Source: Saprospiraceae bacterium (lineage in GTDB: Bacteria; Bacteroidota; Bacteroidia; Chitinophagales; Saprospiraceae). From it: a stretch of DNA of 64,000 nucleotides. The notes under the pieces are model-generated. The model was not told the DNA's origin. It saw only the letters and a list, made by a program, of their open reading frames with translations, and did no database searches. Shown here one piece after another: positions 1-9,800 of this stretch. The stretch's first letter is position 1. The number at the start of each line of letters is the position of its first letter. The stretch lies in the NCBI GenBank assembly GCA_020847915.1, contig JADLBE010000529.1, positions 21,417-85,416 on the forward strand, in the 5' to 3' direction. Made by a program: the position numbers and the translations under genes.

Positions 1-2265
1 ACTCAACCTTTTTACTTCGTTGTGTACCGTGGAAAGGATGAATCCGACGTTGTAGGAAAACCTTGATTTGGATTCACGCCAGTTCATCGACAAGTCGATG
101 CCGCGGTTCAAAACCTCAGCCTGGTTGATGACCGGGTTCGTTTGCGAACCAACGTAGGCTGGTATGGGCAAATCGGCCAGGATACCTTCCGTATAACGGT
201 TGTAAAAATCAATTTCGGTGGTCAGACGGCTGTTGAAAAAAGCCATTTCCACACCGATGTCGGCTTGTGTAACTTCTTCCCAACGTACGTCGGAATTGGC
301 GTAATTGATCAGTGTGGCGCCGTTGTTCAAACTTTCTCCGGGGCCAAGAATGACCGAAAGTCCGTTCGTGATGGCGCCAAGTGATGGATACAATTGTGTT
401 TTGTCGTTTCCGGAAATACCCCACGATGCGCGCAGTTTAAGCCGGTCGAAGATGCGCTGGTTTTCCATAAACGACTCCTGCGCAACGTTCCAGCCCACGG
501 CAAAAGAAGGAAAATAACCCCAACGGTTGTCCCGGTTGAACCTCGACGATCCGTCGGCACGCATGGACGCGGTGAAAAGGTAGCGGTCAAAAAGTGTGGT
601 ATTTACCCGGAAAAGATAGCTGACCATGGCCCAGTCTGAAGCACTCCCACTGTTGGTCATGGTGGTATCGTTGCCTGCGCTGAGGTAAAGCAATTCATCT
701 GCCCCGGACGGAAAACTGCGTCTACCGGCGCCGTAGAATTCACTGTAGGATTCCTGTGAAGTATAACCACCCAAAACGTTCAAACGAAGGTTTTCCCATT
801 CCTGAGCATAGGTGAGGGTGTTCTCCCACAGCCACGTCCGTTGCTGGTCGTAACCAAGGGTCAACTGGTCTTCCGGGTTGCGCTGGGAAATGGACACTTC
901 ATATTCGGGCAGGTAAAACTTGTTGTTCAGGTACGACAGGTCGAGACCAAAATTGCTTCTGAACGTAAAGTATTTGAAAAGTTTTATGTCGCCATAAACC
1001 GTTCCCACCATGCGGTTAACGAAGGTGTGGTTGTTTTTTCGGTAAAAAAGGTCGGCAGCGGCATTGCCCATGGCCGTTCCGTACGGATCGGTTGGGTCGG
1101 TAAAGTTCCCGGTGGAATCAAAAGGCTCCAGAACAGGCTGCATCCTGTAGGCGCCTTCCACGGAGTTGGAAGGATTTTGCGATTCCGATCGGGCAAAAGC
1201 GATGTTGTTGCCCAGGCGAATGAAGTTGTTGACCTCATACTCGTTGTTCAAACGCAAGGTGATGCGTTCGTACGACGATTCTTTAACAATGCCTTCCTGG
1301 TTGAAATAGTTGGCGGAAACGTTGTAAAGGTATTTGTTGCTGCCGCCACTGGCACTCAGTTGTACACTGCCTATGGGCGCTTGTTGAAAGAAATAATCCT
1401 GCCAATCGAAACCCGCACCCAACGAGGCAGGATCTGCAAAATAATTGCTGTTGGAGAATTCATTGTACATCTGTGCAAATTCGGAGGCATTGGCCATCGG
1501 AATTTTTCTGGTTACCTCCTGAGTGCCGTAATACGTGCTCAATGAAATCACCCCTTTGCCATCGGTACTTCCTTTTTTGGTCGTAATGATGATGACACCA
1601 TTGGCGCCACGGTTTCCGTAAATGGCCGTTGCGGAAGCGTCTTTCAACACTTCGATCGAGGCCACGTCCTGTGGATTTATGAAGGAAATGTTGTCGAGCA
1701 ACATACCATCCACAACGTACAACGGGTTGGCATTGTTCAGGGTTCCTGTACCGCGAATCCTGATGATGGCGCCTGCGCCCGGCTGTCCGCTGGACGGTGT
1801 TACGTACACACCGGCTATTTTTCCCTGCATGGCCTGCTCCAGCGAAGACGTCGGTATTTTTTCGATGTCCTTGCTTTTTAAGGTACCCACGGATCCTGTC
1901 AGGTCGCTTTTTTGCTGTACACCATAACCGATCACCACCACTTCGTCGATGAGGTTCACATTGGTGCCCATGGCCACCAGGATGTTGTTTCGGCCCGACA
2001 AAGCCTCTTCCACAGTTGTAAAACCGGTGTAATCAAACTGCAATACGGCATTCAAATCGGCCACTGAAAATCGAAAATTGCCATCGATGTCGGTGCTGGT
2101 ACCGTTGTTGGTGCCCTTTTCACGCACCGTAACACCAATGAGCCCGCTGCTGTCCGTTGAGTCGTAAACTCGCCCGGTTACGGTTACCTGGGCGACCATG
2201 GCTGTGGTCATCACACTGAAAATCAGCAGCCAAAACATTTTAGAAACTTGTATTCCTGGCTTCAT
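1..2265 (-). CDS. SusC/RagA-family TonB-dependent outer membrane receptor, N-terminal ~755 codons; 3' end lies outside the window
   Basis: The frame stays open to the window edge, so it is absent from the ORF track. Translation from ATG (complement 2265) is MKPGIQVSKMFWLLIFSVMTTAMVAQVTVTGRVYD.... It has a signal peptide, a carboxypeptidase-regulatory-like domain, the TonB box DEVVVIGYG and the plug motif NRGANGVIIITTKKG. Confidence 0.9.
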   Translation of the reverse strand, partial: MKPGIQVSKMFWLLIFSVMTTAMVAQVTVTGRVYDSTDSSGLIGVTVREKGTNNGTSTDIDGNFRFSVADLNAVLQFDYTGFTTVEEALSGRNNILVAMGTNVNLIDEVVVIGYGVQQKSDLTGSVGTLKSKDIEKIPTSSLEQAMQGKIAGVYVTPSSGQPGAGAIIRIRGTGTLNNANPLYVVDGMLLDNISFINPQDVASIEVLKDASATAIYGNRGANGVIIITTKKGSTDGKGVISLSTYYGTQEVTRKIPMANASEFAQMYNEFSNSNYFADPASLGAGFDWQDYFFQQAPIGSVQLSASGGSNKYLYNVSANYFNQEGIVKESSYERITLRLNNEYEVNNFIRLGNNIAFARSESQNPSNSVEGAYRMQPVLEPFDSTGNFTDPTDPYGTAMGNAAADLFYRKNNHTFVNRMVGTVYGDIKLFKYFTFRSNFGLDLSYLNNKFYLPEYEVSISQRNPEDQLTLGYDQQRTWLWENTLTYAQEWENLRLNVLGGYTSQESYSEFYGAGRRSFPSGADELLYLSAGNDTTMTNSGSASDWAMVSYLFRVNTTLFDRYLFTASMRADGSSRFNRDNRWGYFPSFAVGWNVAQESFMENQRIFDRLKLRASWGISGNDKTQLYPSLGAITNGLSVILGPGESLNNGATLINYANSDVRWEEVTQADIGVEMAFFNSRLTTEIDFYNRYTEGILADLPIPAYVGSQTNPVINQAEVLNRGIDLSMNWRESKSRFSYNVGFILSTVHNEVKRLS

Positions 2266-2283
2266 ACGGAAGGAAATTAGTTT

Positions 2284-2311
2284 GGAGTTCGAAGTTCGGA
2301 GTTCGGAATTC
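2284..2311. repeat. Degenerate tandem heptamer repeat (GGAGTTC/GAAGTTC/GGAGTTC/GGAATTC) between bglX stop and susC-like start
   Basis: Read directly: four consecutive 7-nt units GRARTTC in the 67-nt intergenic gap. Confidence 0.7.
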
Positions 2312-2332
2312 GAAACAAATGATTTTATAAAA

Positions 2333-4558
2333 TTAGGGTTTAAGCTGTACCCGAATGGTTTTTACCTGATCGGAGGAACCACCTACCATGAGGTCGAAAT
2401 CGCCTGGCTCGGTGCCATAGGTCATGTCTCGGCGGTAAAATTTAAGGTCATTTTCACCAATTTCAAAACTTACATCCCTGCTTTCGCCTGGCTTCAGGCG
2501 AATTTTCTGAAACCCTTTCAATTCTTTCACCGGCCTTGTGGACGAAGCTACCAGGTCGCGGATGTACAGTTGCACGGTTTCTTCGCCCTCGTATTTGCCG
2601 GTATTGGTCAGGCGAACACGCAAGGTGATTTTTTCACCGTTGCTGAAAGCTTTTTTATCCACCACCGGGTCGCCGTAGCTGAAGGTGGTGTAGCTAAGCC
2701 CATATCCAAAGGCATAAAGTGGTGCATTGGGCGAATCGATGTATTTGCTGGTCCATTTGGAATTGGGATCATAGGGCCTGCCGGTACTTTTTTCGTTGTA
2801 AAAAACAGGCACCTGACCTACGCTGCGTGGAAAAGTCATGGGAAGTTTGCCCGAAGGATTGTAAGCGCCGTACAGGATGTCGGCCAAAGCGTTGCCCGTC
2901 TCCGTGCCCAGCCACCAGGCTTCGAGGATGGAGGAAGCGTTTTCAGCCAACCATGGAATGGTGAGTGGCCGACCGTTCATCAAAACCACCACCATCGGTT
3001 TGCCGGTTGCCTTGAGTGCACGGGCGAGTTCTTCCTGGACACCCGGTAGGTTGATGTCGGCACGTGAAGCTGCTTCTCCGCTCATCCAGGCCATTTCACC
3101 TATGGCAAGGACGATTACATCGCTCTGTCGGGCAAGTGCTACTGCGGCATCGAAACCACTGCGGTCATCGCCTTCAACATTGCAACCTTTGCTGAAAGTA
3201 ACATTGCCTCCTGCATTGGTCAAACCCTGCAAAAGGCTGATGCAGTCGTTGCCGCTGCCGGAACCCGACCAGGCACCGATAAGTTCACTCTGGTTATCAC
3301 CAAGCGGACCGATCAGGGCGATTTTGGCTTTGGTATTCAGCGGAAGCGTTTGTCCTTCATTTTTTAAAAGCACCACCGATTTGCGGGCAACATCGCGTGC
3401 TTTGGCACGGTGGTCGGCGCTGAGGATCACGCGTTTTTCGCGTTCCGGATCGCAAAATTTGTAGGGATCTTCAAACAATCCCATGTCCATTTTGAGGGTG
3501 AGTATGCGGCGCACGGCATCGTCGATTTGCGATACGGGTACTTTCCCATCGCGCACCGATTGGGCCAAAAAACGCTGGTAAACAGCGCCTTGCATGTCCA
3601 TGTCCACACCGGCATTCGCGGCGAGTTCGCCTGCCGCTTTATCGTCGGCGGCCACGCCGTGGTTCACCATTTCGTTGATGGACGTATAATCCGTGACAAC
3701 AAACCCTGTAAAACCCCATTCCTTGCGCAGGATGTCGGTCAGCAAATGTTTGTTTCCGGAGGCAGGCATGCCGTCGTAGTCGTTGAATGACGTCATGACC
3801 GTTGCCGCGCCTGCACGCACCGCCGCTTCGTAGGGCGGCAGGTAAAAATCGCGGAAATAACGCTCGCTCATGTCCACGGTGTTGTAATCCCGTCCGCCCA
3901 TGGGTGCTCCATAACCTGCAAAGTGTTTCACACAGGCAATCATGGCGTCGGTATTGCCCAGTCCACGCCCCTGAAAGCCACGAACACGTGCTTCAGCAAA
4001 GCGGCTTCCCAGGTAAGTATCCTCCCCTGCGCCTTCCATTACGCGGCCCCAGCGGGGGTCGCGGCTGACGTCGCACATGGGTGCAAAGGTCCAGTGCAAT
4101 CCGGAAGCCGATGCTTCAACAGCAGCTACACGAGCCGATGTTTCGGCGGCGGCAGGATCCCAGCTGGCCGCCTCGCCCAGGGGTATGGGAAAAATGGTTT
4201 TGTAACCATGAATGACATCGTAGCCAAACAAAAGCGGAATTTTCAAACGCGATTCTTCCACGGCGATGCGCTGGAGTTCGCGGGTAAATGCAGTGGTATG
4301 GCTGTTGAACAATGCACCGCAGGCGCCCGAACGGATGTCGGTGCGGTACCCTTCCCGAATGGTTGGTCCGGTAGAACCCCAGTCTGTGGTATACAGGGTC
4401 ATTTGCCCAATTTTCTCCTCAAGGGTCATTTTGGCGAGCAACGCCTCAACTTTTTGCGTGTGTTTCGACGGTTGAGCGCTCAGGTGTATTTGCGCCAGCA
4501 AAAGGCACATAATCAGCAACGATGGTTGTAAAACTTTCATACAGCGAATGGATGACAT
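2333..4558 (-). CDS. bglX: Glycoside hydrolase family 3 periplasmic beta-glucosidase (BglX-type)
   Basis: 741-aa ORF with a signal peptide. It is collinear with E. coli BglX-type GH3 proteins through EKIGQM, SRDPRWGR, KHFAGYG, the GFVVTDY nucleophile region, NPSGKLP, FGYGLSYT and a C-terminal FnIII-like domain. Confidence 0.93.
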   Translation of the reverse strand: MSSIRCMKVLQPSLLIMCLLLAQIHLSAQPSKHTQKVEALLAKMTLEEKIGQMTLYTTDWGSTGPTIREGYRTDIRSGACGALFNSHTTAFTRELQRIAVEESRLKIPLLFGYDVIHGYKTIFPIPLGEAASWDPAAAETSARVAAVEASASGLHWTFAPMCDVSRDPRWGRVMEGAGEDTYLGSRFAEARVRGFQGRGLGNTDAMIACVKHFAGYGAPMGGRDYNTVDMSERYFRDFYLPPYEAAVRAGAATVMTSFNDYDGMPASGNKHLLTDILRKEWGFTGFVVTDYTSINEMVNHGVAADDKAAGELAANAGVDMDMQGAVYQRFLAQSVRDGKVPVSQIDDAVRRILTLKMDMGLFEDPYKFCDPEREKRVILSADHRAKARDVARKSVVLLKNEGQTLPLNTKAKIALIGPLGDNQSELIGAWSGSGSGNDCISLLQGLTNAGGNVTFSKGCNVEGDDRSGFDAAVALARQSDVIVLAIGEMAWMSGEAASRADINLPGVQEELARALKATGKPMVVVLMNGRPLTIPWLAENASSILEAWWLGTETGNALADILYGAYNPSGKLPMTFPRSVGQVPVFYNEKSTGRPYDPNSKWTSKYIDSPNAPLYAFGYGLSYTTFSYGDPVVDKKAFSNGEKITLRVRLTNTGKYEGEETVQLYIRDLVASSTRPVKELKGFQKIRLKPGESRDVSFEIGENDLKFYRRDMTYGTEPGDFDLMVGGSSDQVKTIRVQLKP

Positions 4559-4561
4559 TGA

Positions 4562-6727
4562 TCAACGGTGTTGGGAAAACAGCCAGTCCAAAACAGCAGG
4601 ATTGTAATAAGTTTCCTGCCACATGGAATGCCCGAGGGTACTGAATTCGGTGTATTTGACGCTGGAGCCCTTGTCTTTCAAAGCTTTATACATATTTCTT
4701 GAAAAAGCAGGCAGCACAACCTCATCAATTCCACCATGAAACAGCCAAATGGGTATGTTTTTGATTTTGTCAGTGTATTGAATGTCGCCGCCACCGCACA
4801 GGGGCATGGCCGCTGCAAACAATTCGGGACGGCGCATGAGCAAATCGATGGTGCCAAAACCACCCATCGACAAGCCGGTGATGTAAATTCTGTTGCGGTC
4901 GATGTCCGGATTTTCCTGAAGAACTTTGTCGAGCAATTCAAGGGCCAAACGGCCTGGCTCCGAAGGCGTTGAGGGATCAAATGTCACACTTTCAAGTCCA
5001 CGTTGCAGGCCTCCCCATTGCTGGCCGATTGGACATTGTGGAGCTATTAGGTAACAGGGGTATTTTTCAAGGTTTACGGTTTCACAAAAAGCATAAACGC
5101 CGTTTTTTGTTTGTGCATGGTTGTTATCACCACGTTCACCAGCGCCGTGTAAAAACAAAACCAACGGATATTTTACACCCTTTTTGGGACTTTCCGGTTT
5201 AAGCATTTGATAAGGCAGCTTTTTGCCGGAAGCGTCTTTGTATTCCAGTCGCTGGAAGTAACCAGCCGGATCCAGCGGGATGTCTGGGTTGGTAACAGCA
5301 CTTTTGCCGTAAGCAGGTGATTCTGCCGTGATGGCCTTGCTTTTATCCAACCAACCGCCTGTAAATCCCGCCTTTTTTAACCCCTGCACGATGTATGGAT
5401 TTTTTTTCATGATGTTCCACAACAGCTCGCTGCGGTGGTTTTCAAGCATGAGCAAAATGGGGCCCTGGTCGATGCCCAGGTAATCAACATCTACCCAGTA
5501 AGGGAAGCCGTCCTGTCCTTTGGCGCCTTCGTCTTTCCAGGTGTAACTTTCATTGTACCCGTCGTAAAAACCATACAAACCAACCGGAAAACGGTTCCAC
5601 ATGGCTTCCAGTGCGGGCAGGCAAACTTCAGGCGCAAACGGCACCGATCCTCCTACAGCTGTAGGTGCAATGGTGCCGTCGTCGTCGTGGTAATCGGCAG
5701 CAACGCCACGGGCTGCATAACCATTGAACCGGACTGTTCGTCCATTAAACTTTTTTTCGGCGTAGCCGGGACCGTCACCTGCGGTGAGACCCCAAATATT
5801 GGGACCGTAACCAGTAAAACCACCTGGGTTATCGATGCAATGTTGACGGTTGGCAAGCGTAGCACGGCGGCTGTTTTCAAAATAATCAATGCCCATACCG
5901 CGCATGTAATCGTCCTGGATGCCCCGAAAATCGATCCAAACATGGCTGTACTGGTGACCAAAAAGTGGACCGAAATTCACCATGTCCTGTCCTTTGTATT
6001 CCGTGCGGTAATATGTGTTACACCATTGGTCCCACATTTTTTTAGGCACCGGATGTGTGGGCGAACCCATGGCCATGACGAGTAAAACCATGGCTTCGTT
6101 GTAGCCGCGCCACTCGGCAGAAAGGAACCCTTTTTCAGGGTGCCAGCCCATGCTGAGCAGGTAACGGTCGTTCATAAACCAATCCCATTCTACCCGACGG
6201 TAAAGGAAATCAGATGTTTCGCGAATGGCTTTTTCGGTAGCATCGTTGCCGTCGAAATAACTCATACACGACAAAATGCCGGCCATAAGTAATCCGGTAT
6301 CGATGGAGGAAAGCTCGACTTTTTGATAACGATGTGCTTTCTGATTGTCGAGAAAATGGTAATAAAATCCCTTGTAACCCGAAACTCCCTGCGCTTGCGG
6401 TCCCTGGGGCAGGTCTTTCAAAACCTGCAGGGTTTTTAAAACGCGGTCAGCGGCTTGTTTGCGGGTAATCCAACCCCGTTCGACACCCACGAGGTAACTG
6501 CTTAAACCAAATCCTGTAGCTGCTATGCTGGAAAATGAAAGTGTCGGGTATCGGTCGGGGATTTGAAAGTTGGTTGTGTCCGCAAGTTCCCAAAACCAAT
6601 TAAACGTCCGGCGTTGAAGTTCGTCAATGCTGTAAGGTACAGGGTTGACCATGGGCGACTGTTGCGCCTGTGAAAAGGCCATTGGGAATAGTAAAAAACA
6701 AAAACAAAGGATGCAAATACGACCCAT
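4562..6727 (-). CDS. Secreted two-domain protein: GH144-like ('putative glucoamylase' PF10091-type) (alpha/alpha)6 glucanase domain fused to a C-terminal alpha/beta-hydrolase esterase domain
   Basis: 721-aa ORF with a signal peptide. The N-terminal ~470 aa shares ERGWITR, VEWDW, SPTH.VP, GPLF..YS, GTIAPTA, YGFYD and IDQGPI..M.ENHR with the 10132-11991 paralogue. The C-terminal ~220 aa has LFLHGAGERG, a GLSMGG nucleophile elbow and HGG.DEVV. The stop lies 3 nt from the bglX start. Confidence 0.75.
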   Translation of the reverse strand: MGRICILCFCFLLFPMAFSQAQQSPMVNPVPYSIDELQRRTFNWFWELADTTNFQIPDRYPTLSFSSIAATGFGLSSYLVGVERGWITRKQAADRVLKTLQVLKDLPQGPQAQGVSGYKGFYYHFLDNQKAHRYQKVELSSIDTGLLMAGILSCMSYFDGNDATEKAIRETSDFLYRRVEWDWFMNDRYLLSMGWHPEKGFLSAEWRGYNEAMVLLVMAMGSPTHPVPKKMWDQWCNTYYRTEYKGQDMVNFGPLFGHQYSHVWIDFRGIQDDYMRGMGIDYFENSRRATLANRQHCIDNPGGFTGYGPNIWGLTAGDGPGYAEKKFNGRTVRFNGYAARGVAADYHDDDGTIAPTAVGGSVPFAPEVCLPALEAMWNRFPVGLYGFYDGYNESYTWKDEGAKGQDGFPYWVDVDYLGIDQGPILLMLENHRSELLWNIMKKNPYIVQGLKKAGFTGGWLDKSKAITAESPAYGKSAVTNPDIPLDPAGYFQRLEYKDASGKKLPYQMLKPESPKKGVKYPLVLFLHGAGERGDNNHAQTKNGVYAFCETVNLEKYPCYLIAPQCPIGQQWGGLQRGLESVTFDPSTPSEPGRLALELLDKVLQENPDIDRNRIYITGLSMGGFGTIDLLMRRPELFAAAMPLCGGGDIQYTDKIKNIPIWLFHGGIDEVVLPAFSRNMYKALKDKGSSVKYTEFSTLGHSMWQETYYNPAVLDWLFSQHR

Positions 6728-6827
6728 GGCAGAAACGGTTTAAAAGAAAAAAGTGTCAACAGCCAGCAGCCAGTCAAATCAATAAACCAATCGAATGTTT
6801 TTTTTCAAGTGACATTCCATTGAAAAA

Positions 6828-6865
6828 CTGACTGCTGACTGCTGACTGCTGACTGCTGACTGCTG
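6828..6865. repeat. Perfect tandem heptamer repeat (ACTGCTG)x5 with partial leading unit, abutting the stop codon of the CBM-like gene
   Basis: Read directly: ctg(actgctg)5. An imperfect inverted heptamer partner (CAGCCAG)x2 lies at 6760-6776. The ~50-nt spacer contains the small hairpin tttcaa..ttgaaa with a T9 run. Confidence 0.85.
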
Positions 6866-6866
6866 T

Positions 6867-9800
6867 TTATTGTTTCACAAACTTGGCGTTGCCTATGAGC
6901 ATGCCTTGTTCGTTGAAAGCGCTGAGGGTGTAAACACCTGCTGGCAGACGGGTTACGTCAACTTCGCTGCGGTTGTTACCACCTGTAAGGATGCTGCTTA
7001 CTTTCTGACCGTAAAGGTTGAACACATCGAGACGTGCCGATTCGGGCAGGTTGGTTACACGCAGTCGATCCGTTACCGGGTTGGGTGAAACCTTGATGGC
7101 TTCAACGGTAGGCGGTGTGAAGGTGCTGATGCTGTTGCACATGCCGTTGCCGATCACGATGTCGTCGAAGTAGCTGATTACGTCGGTACCAGTTCCGGTC
7201 GTTGCGATGTCGAAGAAAATGGTGAAACGGTCGTATTTGGCAGCGTCGTCTACGGCGCTGAAATCAAAGGACAGTTCTTCCCACTGGTTTACAAGCGTGT
7301 TGGGTACGGTAATTTCCACTGGAGGAAATGGATTTCCGAAAATTTCCGCTTTTACCGTTACGGTACCAATGTGGTCCATGTGTACTTTCATACGCACCGT
7401 TTTGTTGCCCTGGAAATCGATGGCGGCATCCAGCTGGCTGAACATACCAAAGTAGATTCCTGCATCGGCAGCTGCAACAAATTTACCCACCGTATTGCTG
7501 GTGTTGATGCCCGAAGGATTCGGGTTGCTGATGGCTTCGAAAGGTTGGTTGAAAGAACCGTTGTTGAAGTACGTGAAGTTGTTGAACGACGTTGCAGGTG
7601 TTTCGTAGTCGCTTACACAACCGTTGTAACCTGCGCGTTTGAAACGCACATCGTCGATCCAGTACGTTCCGGCATCGTTGCTGCCTGCATTGGGGAAAAT
7701 CACCAACTGTTTGTTGTCGTTGTTGGCTACGCCGCTGAAATCGATTTCAAAGGTGTGCCATTCGTTGGCCACCGGAATGTTTTCTGTGATTTCAACTTGT
7801 GCACCGCCTTGTAATTTAAACAGGAAAGGCAGGTTGGCTACCGTGGAGTACACGCGTACCTGAAGAATGTTGTAAACGCTCAAATCGGGGGCCGTTGCAA
7901 ATTCGTAACCGAGGCCTGCGAAAGGTTCGTTGATCGGGTCGTCGTATTTGCCCACCTTGGTAGACGGGTTACCGGCGTTCAGGTAAGGGTTGTTGATGAC
8001 CGTCAGGTTGGTTCCTCCGTAGAAAATGGATTCGTAATTGCGCTGGCATTCGAAGTCATCAACGATTTTGTCATTGATGGTCACATCCACACATGGATCA
8101 ACGGTTGCATCGCTTTGACGCAGGTTGTCGATGCACCATGTGGTGCCAGGAGCAGCCGTACCCGAGTTGAAACGCAGGCTGATTTGTTGAATATCGTCGA
8201 CATCACTGGCCGTCGAAAAATCGAAACTCAGGGTTTCCCATTCTCCGGGTGTGGTTACTGTTGCTTCAAATTCCTTGTTGCCGGTGGCTGAATTGAGGAT
8301 CATCAATACCGTACCGCCACCTGCCGGGCTGCGTACATCAAGGTTGAATTGTGGGTAAAGCGTCAGATCAAATGGCGTTGCAGAAAATGCTTCCAAAGTG
8401 GAAAAAGCCGAGGTACCAAGTGTATAGCAGCCGGAATTGTCTGAGTCGTTTACACTGTTGGGGCCAGGGTTAGGCGCCGGGGCATTGAAGATTCCATGAA
8501 GGGCAACATTGCCACCCAGAGGCTGCCAGAAAAGCGACAAACCATCTTCAAAATCTTCCACAGGAGGCAATGCGGTAGGCTCTACCAATTTTACATTGTC
8601 GATGTAGTACACATCGCCAACTTCGCCATTTTGACCGGCATTGAAAAATATGACAAACCGTTTGTGTCCTTTGCCAACCTGGTCGGCAACATCAAAGGTG
8701 TAGGTTGTCCACTGGTTGGGCACCATGTCGAAAGGCACCTCTTTTTGGCCCATTCCACCTTCAATTTTTACCAAAACAGTACCTGCTTTGGCGGAATACA
8801 GTTGGAAAGTGAACTGGTTTCGAACAGACAAATCTATGGGATCTTCATAATCAAAAACCAATGGGTAATATTCGGATCCGGCACCGGTTTTATCGGCAAC
8901 GCGGCCTACCTGCAGCGAGTTGTTGTCGCCCGATGGGAACGGGTTGTCCACCACGGTAAGACTGTCCCAACCCAGGCCATAGGTAGCATTGCGGTTGCAA
9001 TCGTAATCGTCGATCACCAGCGGATCGAGTGTAGCTCCGGTACAAATTCCTTTGGCTTCGGCACGAATGTCGTCTACGTAAAACGTATCGTCTTCGCTGA
9101 CGGCAAACGGCGTGTAGGAAATCAGGATTTTGTTGATGTCAATAAGCGTGGAAGAGCCAGAGAAATCGACGGTATACTCCTGCCAAACATTGGCTACAGC
9201 AATATTGACGAATTTTTCCACACCACCGCCTGCGCCTTCAACTTTGAAAAGCAAACGTGTAGGATTGGGCGCCCAAAGTTTGAATTTGAACTGGTTAAAA
9301 ACAGCCAGATCAAAATTTTCCGGCGCTGTGCCGAGGAAAAAACTGAAATCCGAAGCTGGATTGTTTGTGAAACATCCTACGGTAGCTGAATTGTTTACCC
9401 AGTCCGGTGCGGGGTTAGCTACAGGACCGCTGTACAAACCGCCGTTAAACGTTACCCAATCGATGCCCGAAGGCACTTCAAAGGTTTCGTAAACTTCGTC
9501 CTTGTAAGCAACGATGTCGTCCCAATAATAGGTAGCGTTGTCGCCCAAAACAAACGAGTTGAACGAAATCAACACCTTGTTCATCAGGGTTTTGTTTTCA
9601 CCGGCCGACAAGTCGAAGGTATATTCTACCCATTCATTGGCGGTAGTAATGTTGACGACTTTTTCCTGACCCTGACCGCCGCCTTCAAATTTGAAAAGTG
9701 CGACTGCAGGAGCGGTCGGCGACCAGATTTTGATTTTAAAAACGTTGAACTCCGAAAGGTCAACCGTGCCGCCGGGAACATCGGCAATGGCGAAGTTGAA

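Noticed and set aside
6828-6865. Heptamer arrays as CRISPR-like or coding repeats
   Set aside because: The units are 7 nt with no spacers, and no cas genes are present. The arrays are intergenic, apart from a few bases overlapping a stop codon at 24203-24210.
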